Virus record (IMG/VR): IMGVR_UViG_3300024262_000015
Coordinates: 75,565 to 139,564 of that record
DNA: 64,000 nucleotides
From: a virus
Reading direction: 5' to 3' (one strand)
Position 1 is the first letter of the stretch; the number at the start of each line of letters is the position of its first letter. Made by a program: the position numbers and the translations under genes. This document shows positions 1-9,342 of the stretch, one piece after another. The notes under the pieces are model-generated. The model did not search any database and was not told where the DNA came from. It saw only the letters and a list, made by a program, of their open reading frames with translations.

Positions 1-458
1 CAGACGTTAAAAAGATAGACTTAATAATTCAGCAATATGAAGCTGGATTGAAACCTAATAAGATTGTTGAAAACACTAATTATAATTTGGAAGATGTAAT
101 TCAAATTATAAAAACCAATCTTAAATGGGGGAAAAATAAGTATCTTTCTAATTTAACTCAAGCTGAAGTTCAAGAGGTAATAAAATTATTTGATAATGGA
201 TGGCGTTTGAAATGCAAATTTCTTTAAAGTGAGTTGTAATTCAGTTACCCAACTTCTAAGATCAAATAATCGTAACCCTAGCTTTGAGTTATAAAATAAT
301 GCCTGAATCCTCAACGACTAATACGTCAGACATCCGGGAAAAAGATAGAACCAAGGGGTTTTTATCTAACCCGGTAATGATAGAGTCTGGTCCTTACAAA
401 AATGTAAGGAGCTAAGCAGAAATGACTTAGCCAGTTCCCCTGAACTGTAACAAAAATG
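1..458 (+). mobile_element. Group I intron 1 of the major capsid gene (5' part outside window)
   Basis: R element CCTCAACGACTA 309-320, S element ATGATAGAGTCTGG 377-390, P9-type hairpins shared with introns 2 and 3, terminal G458 followed by capsid coding sequence. Confidence 0.85.
3..294 (+). pseudogene. 3' end of intron 1-encoded ORF with helix-turn-helix-like repeats, apparently frameshifted
   Basis: Frame 3 open from the window start to TAA 225-227 (..EVIKLFDNGWRLKCKFL*); the HTH-like pattern continues in another frame (ANFFKVSCNSVTQLLRSNNR..) to TAA 292-294. Confidence 0.5.
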
Positions 459-515
459 TTCGCCGTAACTTAGACTATCAGGGAGTGTTCCGTAGAGCAC
501 TAGTAGTCGATCCGT
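459..515 (+). CDS. Major capsid protein, 57-nt micro-exon (xRRNLDYQGVFRRALVVDP)
   Basis: Lies between intron 1 terminal G458 and the P1 helix of intron 2; joins in frame to 1552 to give ..VVDP-L-PQGAIPRYDRD. Confidence 0.85.
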
Positions 516-1551
516 TAAATTAGGCAGCGGATCTAAAAATTGGCTGTATGCTGGAAAACCTAAAAGCTTCAATACTTTAACCTTAAAGCCCTTGCACTAA
601 AGCAGGGTTAAATAAACTAAAGTAAAAATTTGAAGATGATATAGACAATCAGCAGGAAAAAGATGAAAAACCCTAGCCTGGACAAAAAGCTTTTGAGAAC
701 CTTGTATGTAGAAAAGAAAAAAACTGCATATGAAATTTCAGAGCTTTTACAAATAAAACAAGAAGTAGTTATCAACTCTTTAAAAGAGAATAATATTGAT
801 CACTCTCCTAAACTAAGAAAATATCGTTTAGTAAGAAAAGCCCCTTTAACTAGGGAACAAAAAGAAGCGATTATTGGGATGGTTTTGGGTGGAGGAAGAA
901 TTGTTTCTCATGGGAGTCGAAAAAAAACTTATCATTTAGAAACTTCTAATCTTGAAAAGGACAAAGATCTAATCCTTTATAAAAAAGGAACCCTCGGGAA
1001 TCTTTGTAATTTGATAAGAGAAGAAGAAAAAAAAGATAAGAAATTTTTAAAATTGATAACAGCTAATCACCAAGAGTTGAAATGGTACTCAGATTTATTT
1101 TATAACAACCATAAAAAAGTTATAAAAGAAAATTTATTATACCATGTGTCACCTCGTTCGGTGGCTTTTTGGGCTATGGACAAAAGTTATATGCGAACTG
1201 AAGATAATCAATTTTGGATGCGCTTCAGTACGTATGAATTTTCAAAAGAAGAACATAAGTTGCTTCAAGCTATGTTAAAAATAAACTTCAATATAAGAAG
1301 TAAGGTTTGTGAATATAAGTGGAAGGGTAAAGTTTGTAATTACCTTTCTTTAAATAAACGCAACACTTTATTAATGGCCGAATTAACCGAGCCATTTTAT
1401 AAAGAAGCTAACAGATACATAGTTCATCTTGATCCTCAACGACTAGAATGCCAATCTTCAGAAAATAAAAACTCTGAATGATGATACAGTCTGACCTTTA
1501 CTGAGAAGTAAAGAGCCAAGCAGAAATGACTTGGCCTTGTAACAACCCCTG
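516..1551 (+). mobile_element. Group I intron 2 of the major capsid gene
   Basis: P1: exon GATCCGT (509-515) pairs GCGGATC (527-533) with U.G at the splice site. P10: AGGCA (522-526) pairs 3' exon TGCCT (1552-1556). P TATGCTGGAAA 547, Q AATCAGCAGG 647, R CCTCAACGACTA 1434, S ATGATACAGTCTG 1481, terminal G1551. Confidence 0.93.
663..1481 (+). CDS. Intron-encoded two-motif LAGLIDADG homing endonuclease-like protein with degenerate active sites
   Basis: Motifs AIIGMVLGGGRI and SVAFWAMDKS align to the intron 3 ORF; N-terminal HTH-like segment; starts just after Q and runs through R. Confidence 0.85.
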   Translation: MKNPSLDKKLLRTLYVEKKKTAYEISELLQIKQEVVINSLKENNIDHSPKLRKYRLVRKAPLTREQKEAIIGMVLGGGRIVSHGSRKKTYHLETSNLEKDKDLILYKKGTLGNLCNLIREEEKKDKKFLKLITANHQELKWYSDLFYNNHKKVIKENLLYHVSPRSVAFWAMDKSYMRTEDNQFWMRFSTYEFSKEEHKLLQAMLKINFNIRSKVCEYKWKGKVCNYLSLNKRNTLLMAELTEPFYKEANRYIVHLDPQRLECQSSENKNSE

Positions 1552-2011
1552 TGCCTCAGGGTGCTATTCCTCGCTATGACCGGGACATTGATGTCGCTGC
1601 GGTTGTCGTATCCAGCAATGGTGCGCCTCCGGAAAGCCGCGTATTCGGTGACTCGGTTATTGTTCCTGAATTCGAGATCGTTTCTAACCCGACCATCCGT
1701 ACCTCTGAGGTTCGGCGTCGGCGCTTTAACGTAATCGACCGTGCTGTTCAAAAGGCACGTCAGGAAATCATGGCGCAGGAGGATGCGAATGGTTTTGCTT
1801 CACTCGATGCGGCAGCCGAAGTCGAAAATATCCCTCAGGATATTGCCGATAGCGGTCTTCTAAAGCGAGATCTTGCTGCGATTAAGCGGCAGGTTGACCA
1901 TTGGGACCTAGTGACGACCAAGTTCTTCATGAACATCAATGAGTTCACGGACATCCTTAACTGGGGTTCCGGTGGTGGTCAGGGCGCAACTGGTGGCGAC
2001 GTTGATCCTGT
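1552..2011 (+). CDS. Major capsid protein, internal exon
   Basis: PQGAIPRYDRD..FEIVSNPTIRTSEVRRRRFNVIDRAVQKARQEIMAQED..GDVDP(V); resembles HK97-fold capsid proteins of large phages; more GC-rich than the intron ORFs. Confidence 0.88.
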
Positions 2012-3057
2012 TGGAAATCACTATAATTAGTGATAGTGGCAGCCTTAAGAATGTGAATTCTTTTGGAAAAATTTGGCTATATGCTGGAACCTCCGAATAC
2101 CTAACAACTTTAAAGATATAGATTAGTCATTGAAGACAATCTTTAAAAGATAAAGCAAAAGGTTAGGATGAAACGGACAATCAGCAGGAAAGTTAATGAA
2201 AATTTACCAACTAGCGAAGTTAAAAAACTTTTCTTTGAGGAAAATAAAAGCCGCTTAGAAATTGCCGAGATTTTTAATACTAATAGTTCTTCTATTTCAA
2301 AAATTTTGGGTCGGCCTCCCTACCCAAAAAACAAAATAGAAGAAATAAAATCTTTGCATATTTCTCAGCTACAAAAGGAATTTATAATTGGCTCTACTCT
2401 GGGAGACGCTTCTTTACTTAAAAGAATTAATTTCAAAAATTGTTCTTTTAAAGTTAGCCATTGTGAAGCGCAAAAAGAGTACTTGTTATGGAAAGCTGAT
2501 TTTTTAAATCCTTTTGTAAATAGTGTGGCGAGAAGTAAAGACAAAAGAGGAAACTCTATAATGTATGGTTTTACTTCATTAAGTCATCAGGACTTTTATC
2601 CCTTAAGAGAAATGTTTTATAAAGATAAAATAAAAGTTGTTAAAAAAGATATTCAAGCTTATTTAACTCCTTTTGCTTTAGCTATTTGGTTTATGGACGA
2701 CGGTACGGTTTTGAGAAGTGATTGTAGGTTATCTACCGACAGTTTTACTTATCAAGAAAACCAACTTTTATCTCAAATGTTAAAAGAAAATTTTGGGTTT
2801 AATGTTAAGGTTAGAAAATATATTAGAAATAATAAACGTTTTAACTTCCTTTCTTTTACCCAACCTGACCGTCCTAAGCTTAGAGATCTCATAAAGCCTT
2901 TTTTGGTAGAATGTATGAGCTATAAGCTTCCTTAGCCTCCTCAACGACTATATGCCAAACATCTCGTTAAAGAGATGATGATATAGTCTGACCTTTACTG
3001 AAAAGTAAAGAGCCAAGCAGAAATGACTTGGCAGGGATTTATCCCTTAACAAAAGTG
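2012..3057 (+). mobile_element. Group I intron 3 of the major capsid gene
   Basis: P ATGCTGGAA 2081, Q AATCAGCAGG 2179, R CCTCAACGACTA 2939, S ATGATATAGTCTG 2978, P3 TTTGGC/GCCAAA, terminal G3057; removal restores DVDPV-TQREILQTG in frame. Confidence 0.92.
2168..2935 (+). CDS. Intron-encoded LAGLIDADG homing endonuclease
   Basis: Motifs FIIGSTLGDASL and ALAIWFMDDG with acidic catalytic residues intact; N-terminal HTH-like segment. Confidence 0.9.
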   Translation: MKRTISRKVNENLPTSEVKKLFFEENKSRLEIAEIFNTNSSSISKILGRPPYPKNKIEEIKSLHISQLQKEFIIGSTLGDASLLKRINFKNCSFKVSHCEAQKEYLLWKADFLNPFVNSVARSKDKRGNSIMYGFTSLSHQDFYPLREMFYKDKIKVVKKDIQAYLTPFALAIWFMDDGTVLRSDCRLSTDSFTYQENQLLSQMLKENFGFNVKVRKYIRNNKRFNFLSFTQPDRPKLRDLIKPFLVECMSYKLP

Positions 3058-3337
3058 TACGCAACGTGAAATTCTTCAGACTGGGCTTTATGCTCATCTC
3101 TGGGGTGCTGATATCATTGTTTCCAAGGTTGTTCCTCCGGGTACTGTCTTTGGTTGTGCTGACCCTGAGTTCGTAGGGGTTATGCCGATTCGTCAGGACA
3201 TTGAAGTAATGCCTGCCGATGAGCCGAAACAACTCAAGCTAGGTTGGATCGTTTCTGAAGAAATTGGTATCGCAATCGTCAACCCGCGTGGTTGTTCCAA
3301 GGGTCTAAAGAGCTTGGTTATTAACCCCGCTCCCTAA
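3058..3337 (+). CDS. Major capsid protein, last exon
   Basis: TQREILQTGLYAHLWGADIIVSKVVPPGTVFGCADPEFVGVMPIRQDIEV..LGWIVSEEIGIAIVNPRG..PAP*; absent from the ORF track; followed by a terminator. Confidence 0.88.
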
Positions 3338-3362
3338 GATCAATAGGTAAGAACGAAAGATG

Positions 3363-3400
3363 AAAAGGCCTGGGTGTTCCCAGGCCTTTTCTTTTGTTTT
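3363..3400 (+). terminator. Intrinsic terminator after the capsid gene
   Basis: AAAAGGCCTGGG-TGTT-CCCAGGCCTTTT followed by a T-rich tract. Confidence 0.9.
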
Positions 3401-3417
3401 CTGCAAACACCCAGGTC

Positions 3418-3430
3418 AATATAAAGGTAT
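3418..3430 (+). promoter_or_regulatory. Candidate late promoter AAT-N6-GYAT
   Basis: AAT ATAAAG GTAT, 9 nt before ATG 3440, just after the terminator; motif recurs before many genes. Confidence 0.55.
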
Positions 3431-3439
3431 AAAAAGGAA

Positions 3440-4210
3440 ATGGGAATTAAATTATCCTTGCCTGAAAAAGCCAAGCTGGCAAAATTAGCCGCTTCCGATT
3501 TTAAACAGTATGTTGATTGGGGACGAAAAGACTGTCCTTCACAACAAAGCTATGAACTCTCTTGCTCTCCTAATCCAGATTTTTCTGATTTAAGAATCGA
3601 GGCTTTTAATAAATTAGCTACCCCACAAACGCCCATTACCAAACTAGCTTTTGATACTCGTCGTATTGACCCTAAAGCTCGTAACCCTAGAGGTAACCTA
3701 CAAAATTGGAAACGCAGTGCACCGTTTGTTACCAATGATGATAAGGAAAAACTAGGCAAGTTTGGAAAAGTCTTTATAGCTACCAAAGAGTTAAAGACAG
3801 AGCTTGAAGGACAACAGGGGTGGTTTGATAGCTTTGCGCGGCTTCTTTACGATACATTACATAGAACTTTACGTAAAAAACAAGGAACAGTAGAGATTTC
3901 TCAACCTCAATTTTCTTATCTTGAACAGCTTCTTTTTAATAGATATCGAATAAGCATGGAAGATGTGGAAAGTTTATCTAATTCCGAACTTCAAAAACGC
4001 ATTCTATCTAAAGATGAAGAACTTTTGGAACAAGCTCAGAGCCTTAGAAAGGATGGCAAAATCCCTTCTGATTTGCAAACTTTCTCTAAGGAGATTAAAG
4101 AGGAATCTGCGTCAGCAAAAGAAATCGTAAACAACCTTTTTAAGAAAATAACCTCAGGAAATGGAACGAGAACAATAACAATAACCATTTCCAATCAAGA
4201 GGTTAAATAA
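3440..4210 (+). CDS. Hypothetical protein, possibly head-associated
   Basis: 256 aa ORF immediately after the capsid gene; repeated KLA motifs. Confidence 0.75.
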   Translation: MGIKLSLPEKAKLAKLAASDFKQYVDWGRKDCPSQQSYELSCSPNPDFSDLRIEAFNKLATPQTPITKLAFDTRRIDPKARNPRGNLQNWKRSAPFVTNDDKEKLGKFGKVFIATKELKTELEGQQGWFDSFARLLYDTLHRTLRKKQGTVEISQPQFSYLEQLLFNRYRISMEDVESLSNSELQKRILSKDEELLEQAQSLRKDGKIPSDLQTFSKEIKEESASAKEIVNNLFKKITSGNGTRTITITISNQEVK

Positions 4211-4211
4211 A

Positions 4212-4823
4212 ATGAGTGTTGGGTTTATTATATCTCGCGAGCCAGCGATTCTCTTTCCCGTTTGCCCAACTGTATTTATTGTTAGAAATATATCTAGGAA
4301 AACCTTATCTATTTTTACCTATCCTGTAAGCATTCAGCAAACCAGAGATCTAATGGCTATTCCATTTGTATCTGAAGCAGACATCAGAAACTCTCTTTTA
4401 AAAGGAGAGCTTTTTGTAAAGGCTAAAGCGGGAGAAATAATTGTAGTCAACAGCAACATTGATCTTCTTCAGTTTGATGATTGTCAAAGAGATTTTCTTG
4501 AAAGCATTGGAATCACTAAAGGCATTTCAGTTACTGACGGAGATCTTCCTTTTGCTTTTAAACAAAACATAAATTTAATTGGACCAACTGATGGGGTCAA
4601 TAGAACTTTTTTTACTCCTGATGTATTTATCAATGGTCCTGAGCCTGTAGACAACTCCTTTAAATTACAGCTTGACCATAATGGGCGGCACTTAATTGAA
4701 GGCATTGATTACGTTGTAGGAGAGTCTGGAGGTCCCGGAACAGGTTTTGATACTGTAAATCTAATTTCTTTGACTCCGACTAGCACCAGTAAATTAACTT
4801 GCAATTATACCATCCGAATCTAA
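4212..4823 (+). CDS. Putative virion structural protein
   Basis: 203 aa; C-terminal beta-rich module (GPTDGVNRTFFTP..NGRHLIEGIDYVV) of a type common in virion proteins. Confidence 0.65.
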   Translation: MSVGFIISREPAILFPVCPTVFIVRNISRKTLSIFTYPVSIQQTRDLMAIPFVSEADIRNSLLKGELFVKAKAGEIIVVNSNIDLLQFDDCQRDFLESIGITKGISVTDGDLPFAFKQNINLIGPTDGVNRTFFTPDVFINGPEPVDNSFKLQLDHNGRHLIEGIDYVVGESGGPGTGFDTVNLISLTPTSTSKLTCNYTIRI

Positions 4824-4962
4824 TTAAACGTAAAATTAAATACAAATCTTAGAATAAATACATATACAGTGAGACCGATAGTTTACTCAAAGGCCGGCCG
4901 AACCATTCAATAAAGCGCCGGATGACGTAAGTCAATCCACCCTCACAAATTTAAAGGAAAAA

Positions 4963-6462
4963 ATGGGTTTTTCACGTACTAATGCGCTTAATCAAGCGCT
5001 CGATGTAGCCGGCTCTTTTACAGTTAATTCGGCTAAAGTTCTTACCGACGAATCTGCAGGCTTAGGCCAATCGCAGCAAACCGGAGTTGATGGTTACCTA
5101 ACTGGTTCCTCACCGACTATTACTCTAACTGCAGCTTCTGCTACATTCACTGCAGCCAGTGTTGGTAACTTTGTTACTATTACTGGCTCAGGAACGGGTG
5201 CAAATAACAGCACTCACTTAATCGTAGCGTTTAGCAGCCCTACTGTTGTCGATCTTAGTATCGTTGGCGGCGCGGCTGATGCTTTACCGCTACCTTGGAC
5301 CGAACGCGCTCCATATAACATTGAAGATGACCTCAACTTTGAACGTACTGACCGTGCCGCAATTAAGGGTGTTGCCTATGATACGGCTGTAACTCCCTAC
5401 AGCCGTCCTTCTACCTCTACCACTCTTACGCCGATGAACCTTGAGCAAATCTCGGGCAAAACCCTTGATGCTAAAGCACTAATCGTTAACCGTACGGAAG
5501 AAAACGCTCCAGTTGAAGATGGTTATACCGTACTTGTTCTTTCTGGTGCCTTCCAATATGCCGATGCTGTAGATCAAACTGGTTATCCGATTAATGATGG
5601 ATTTGATGCGGGCAACCTTTCGGCTACCTATTGTGAAATCATCGACCCAAGTACCGAAGCTGGGGTAGTTATTCCGGATGGTTATGCAAATGCTGGTCAA
5701 CGAATTTATGGTATCGCTCAACAGGGGTCTCAAACTGAAGGCTTAGGCATTGAAATTGCTTTTTATCGAGTTGCTCTTGGCGACCCGATTACTACGGCAA
5801 ATCCCTACACTTGGAATGCTGGTCCAGAAATGCCTACACAGCTTGACCTTTTCCTCGGTTATCGTACCCAAATGGATGACATGGGGGAAGCAGACCTTCG
5901 TGTTACCATGGTTAATGGTCTTATCGGTGATTCTGGCGCACAGCTTGAGATTAATGATATTCGTCAAACCATTGGTACGGTTCAGGGCGATACGGATCTC
6001 GGCACCTATCTTACCAACCAAACGCCGTTTTATATCTTTGACGACCTAAGCCTTACGCCCACTGTTGTTGAAGCTCTAAACGTTCTTAACCTAGAGATTG
6101 GTAACCGAGATTATACAGGTGCTATTCTTACCGATGGTTATACAATCACCGCGTCTCTTCAACAGCTATCAGATGCTATTGCTGAGAATGCAGATGTTCT
6201 TCGTACGATTGAACGTTTGACTGTAAATGCTGCCGCTGGAGTAGCGCACACTGTTCCTGATTCTCTAACGTATGATATAGATGTCTCAAACAATGGTCGC
6301 GGCATGTGGCTTTACTGGCGAGGTGTTCTTAGAGATCCGGGCCCTGTTGTTGATGGAAATGACTATGAGGAAACAAGCACATCTTCATTCACTCCTTATG
6401 CTACTATTAATAGTGGCGATCACATCAACTACTTTATCATAACCGAGACTAACTCTCCGTAG
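4963..6462 (+). CDS. Putative virion structural or decoration protein (4 DGY)
   Basis: 499 aa, T/G/A/D-rich, RBS AAGGA; codon usage looks like that of the capsid gene. Confidence 0.7.
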   Translation: MGFSRTNALNQALDVAGSFTVNSAKVLTDESAGLGQSQQTGVDGYLTGSSPTITLTAASATFTAASVGNFVTITGSGTGANNSTHLIVAFSSPTVVDLSIVGGAADALPLPWTERAPYNIEDDLNFERTDRAAIKGVAYDTAVTPYSRPSTSTTLTPMNLEQISGKTLDAKALIVNRTEENAPVEDGYTVLVLSGAFQYADAVDQTGYPINDGFDAGNLSATYCEIIDPSTEAGVVIPDGYANAGQRIYGIAQQGSQTEGLGIEIAFYRVALGDPITTANPYTWNAGPEMPTQLDLFLGYRTQMDDMGEADLRVTMVNGLIGDSGAQLEINDIRQTIGTVQGDTDLGTYLTNQTPFYIFDDLSLTPTVVEALNVLNLEIGNRDYTGAILTDGYTITASLQQLSDAIAENADVLRTIERLTVNAAAGVAHTVPDSLTYDIDVSNNGRGMWLYWRGVLRDPGPVVDGNDYEETSTSSFTPYATINSGDHINYFIITETNSP

Positions 6463-6485
6463 GTCTAAATTGATATATATTAGCT

Positions 6486-6797
6486 ATGTTAAAGGCTGAT
6501 ATAATTCAAAGACAAGTAACTGCTCCACCTGGAGGCCATTGTGATTCTGGCCATCGGGTGGAGTTTTTATTTAAAGGCCGTAAAGAAGAGCCGGGCGAGG
6601 TAAGATTTTATCACGTAAGTGGAAAAGGTATTAATAATCCTGGAATATATTGTGAGCCTTGTGTTATTTTAATGAATGCTATGGCTGCGGAAAAAAGAAA
6701 AGGTACAATTCCTACATCTAAAGGAAATTTTCTTAAAGTTCCGGATATAAAAAATATTATAGAAGATCGGGTTAAGAAAGGAAAGAAGAATAAATGA
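6486..6797 (+). CDS. Hypothetical protein, possible Zn ligands
   Basis: 103 aa with CDSGH and CEPC; ATGA overlap with next gene. Confidence 0.65.
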   Translation: MLKADIIQRQVTAPPGGHCDSGHRVEFLFKGRKEEPGEVRFYHVSGKGINNPGIYCEPCVILMNAMAAEKRKGTIPTSKGNFLKVPDIKNIIEDRVKKGKKNK

Positions 6798-7264
6798 GCG
6801 ACCAAAAAGAAACAGCTTCTGCTTACAAAGAATCTTTACGAGGACTAAGAGCTATTGTTCAAGAAGCTTTAATAAATAATGTTATTGACGAAGACAACAA
6901 ACCTATCTATGAAGCAACTTTAATTCAGCTTCTTAATGAAACCGAAAAAAGGCGTCAGAAGCTAATATCCATTGCTGAAGATCATAAACGACGAGCCCTT
7001 CAAGCAGACTCTCAAGCTGAAGGTTTTGCTACCATGGGAGCTATTTTAGAAAATGTTGTTAGAGGATTTGTATTCCAAGCCCAAAAAGTAGCAGCCGAAG
7101 ATAAAGAACGAGAACAAGAAAACTTAGAAAAATCTGAGCGTATCCAACAAGCAGAACTACTTCATGAACCTAGCGTAGTAATTCCACCGAAGGACGAAGA
7201 AGAAGAGCAGCATACAGGTGAAGAAGAGAAGAAGTCTGCTCGTAGGAGTCGATCTAAAAGCTAG
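6794..7264 (+). CDS. Hypothetical coiled-coil protein (possible assembly chaperone)
   Basis: 156 aa, helical and charged. Confidence 0.7.
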   Translation: MSDQKETASAYKESLRGLRAIVQEALINNVIDEDNKPIYEATLIQLLNETEKRRQKLISIAEDHKRRALQADSQAEGFATMGAILENVVRGFVFQAQKVAAEDKEREQENLEKSERIQQAELLHEPSVVIPPKDEEEEQHTGEEEKKSARRSRSKS

Positions 7265-7309
7265 CGATATTTATGCGTAACAGTAGGGCCAAACTTTACT
7301 GGGACACAT

Positions 7310-8008
7310 ATGGTTGAAATTGACAGGTTTGACTTAGCTGATGTAGGAGTATCCGATCAAGTTGAGCTTCAGTCTGATTATACAGGATTTTATAAATCTG
7401 TAACTTTAGCTGATACAACCTCAGGTACCGCCACTATAGTTGTATCAACAGTCAGCGATAACCTTCTTCATGCAGATAATCCTGTGGAGTCAGGTGATAC
7501 TGTAGTTATTGCGGGTAATGCAGCAGCCGGAACATACACGATTGATGTCATGATAAGTGATACTCAATTTACTGTAGTAGAATCTCTGCCCGACTCTACT
7601 GGTGGTACTTCTAGTTTTAGATATCCTCCTGGGGCCCAAAAGGTTGGATTTTATGTTGCTCCATTAAGCTTTACATCTGATGCTCCTAATGTTCAAAAAG
7701 TTATGGAGGCCATGGACGGCTACAAGCTTGCTGAAGAGTCTTTATCTTTAGCCATTAATTATGTCCAAAACGGATTTGAGGAAATAACTTATTCGGGAAC
7801 CAAAGCTACAAATATAACACTTTGGGAAACGGCATCAAAACTAATTAAAGTACGAGAATCTCAACTAACCTATGATGGAAATAATGTATCTCAAGTTATC
7901 GATATTCAATACGATGCACTTGGAATAGAAAAGTACCGCTTAACTCAAACCTATGTCTATACTGGAAACATGATCACATCTTCTACCCAAACCCGCACTG
8001 ATGTATAA
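7310..8008 (+). CDS. Putative virion structural protein (1 DGY)
   Basis: 232 aa, T/S/V-rich beta composition. Confidence 0.65.
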   Translation: MVEIDRFDLADVGVSDQVELQSDYTGFYKSVTLADTTSGTATIVVSTVSDNLLHADNPVESGDTVVIAGNAAAGTYTIDVMISDTQFTVVESLPDSTGGTSSFRYPPGAQKVGFYVAPLSFTSDAPNVQKVMEAMDGYKLAEESLSLAINYVQNGFEEITYSGTKATNITLWETASKLIKVRESQLTYDGNNVSQVIDIQYDALGIEKYRLTQTYVYTGNMITSSTQTRTDV

Positions 8009-8054
8009 TAACGTTATATAATAAATAGCCCTGTTTAAGTTTTAAGGAAGAACC

Positions 8055-8369
8055 ATGCCCATAGTCGTACCCAAAAATACTGAAGGTTACAAGTACAACC
8101 AATTTGAATTACTTACTGTAGCTGATACGGTATTTCCTGAATTTGCACAATTTGGCATCAATATTCCTTTTCAAAGAGGACTGCTTTTGATCAATTATGG
8201 TCCTGGCATTGCCGAATATTCTTTTGATGGAATTTCTGTTCATGGGGATATGCGGCCCGGCACTCCTAGTGAGAAGTTAAACTTTTCAGTTGTAAGGGTT
8301 TTCAGCGGTATTTGGTTTCAATCAGCAGGCAGTCCAGAAATTCGGATAGAAGCATGGTCAGGAACGTAA
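8055..8369 (+). CDS. Small putative virion beta-sandwich protein
   Basis: 104 aa, RBS AAGGAAG. Confidence 0.6.
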   Translation: MPIVVPKNTEGYKYNQFELLTVADTVFPEFAQFGINIPFQRGLLLINYGPGIAEYSFDGISVHGDMRPGTPSEKLNFSVVRVFSGIWFQSAGSPEIRIEAWSGT

Positions 8370-8406
8370 CACAATTAATAGTTAGTAAAACTTGGAAAGA
8401 TGTTAA

Positions 8407-9342
8407 GTGAGAGCATTGATCCTCTCAGGTGGAGCCGGTAGAGGTTCGTTTCAAGTCGGAGTATTAAGAGGGTTACTAAAAAAAAATAAAGATTTAGATT
8501 ATGACATATATGTTGGAAGCAGTGTCGGAGCTTTCAATGCTGGGATTTTAGCTGGTGGACCTTTAAAAGAAACCGTACCAATTTTAGAAGATATTTGGCT
8601 TAAGAAAATCACTGGCAGACATTCTATTTGGCACCACCTTTTAGCTAAAAGATTATTAATATTTGTAGCTATATTTGCTGGATTTATAAACCTAGCTTTT
8701 TTTTCTTTCCTAGCAGACAACCCTAAATGGTTAACTACACTTCTTGCTTTAATTGCTTGGATTTGTATTTATTTGCCCTATAGGATGGTTAAACAAACAC
8801 GCTCTGTTTATACAGCCACACCCTTAAAGCGAGAACTTAGCAAGTACATTTTACAAGAACGAATTTTGCATGGTGGAAAGTCTTTAGTGGTAGCAGCTAC
8901 TTGTCTTAGGACGGGAGAGCTTTTTTACTTTACGGAAAGCGATGTAGATCTAATTGAAGGAATTCATGCCTCGATGGCTTTTCCGGTTTTCTTTCCTCCA
9001 GTTTTTGTAAGAAACGAATGGTGTACTGATGGAGGATTAAAAACTTATGCAGATATAAGTTCGGCTATAGATTTGGGAGCTACCGAAGTGGATGTAATTC
9101 TTACTGTTCCATTAGAAGAGTATAAAGATTTTAAGCCTACTATTTTTTCTCAAGTTATTCAGGTTATAGACGTTGTAACCATGGGAATTATCCAAAACGA
9201 TATAAAGAAACACCGCTTCTCCGATGTTAAAATTAATATTTACATGCCACCTAAAGGATTTTCTCATAAAAACCCTTTAAAGTTTGAACCAGCCTCTCTT
9301 AAAAAATCTTATAATGTTGGAGTTAAAGTAGGAGAAAAATGA
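8407..9342 (+). CDS. Patatin-like phospholipase with a two-helix hydrophobic insert
   Basis: LSGGAGRG glycine loop, GSSVG nucleophile elbow, ASMAFP, DGG motif. Confidence 0.9.
   Translation: MRALILSGGAGRGSFQVGVLRGLLKKNKDLDYDIYVGSSVGAFNAGILAGGPLKETVPILEDIWLKKITGRHSIWHHLLAKRLLIFVAIFAGFINLAFFSFLADNPKWLTTLLALIAWICIYLPYRMVKQTRSVYTATPLKRELSKYILQERILHGGKSLVVAATCLRTGELFYFTESDVDLIEGIHASMAFPVFFPPVFVRNEWCTDGGLKTYADISSAIDLGATEVDVILTVPLEEYKDFKPTIFSQVIQVIDVVTMGIIQNDIKKHRFSDVKINIYMPPKGFSHKNPLKFEPASLKKSYNVGVKVGEK

Noticed and set aside
1551-2030. Track ORF as a stand-alone 159-aa gene
   Set aside because: It is a capsid exon: its GTG includes the intron terminal G and its last codons are intron 3 sequence
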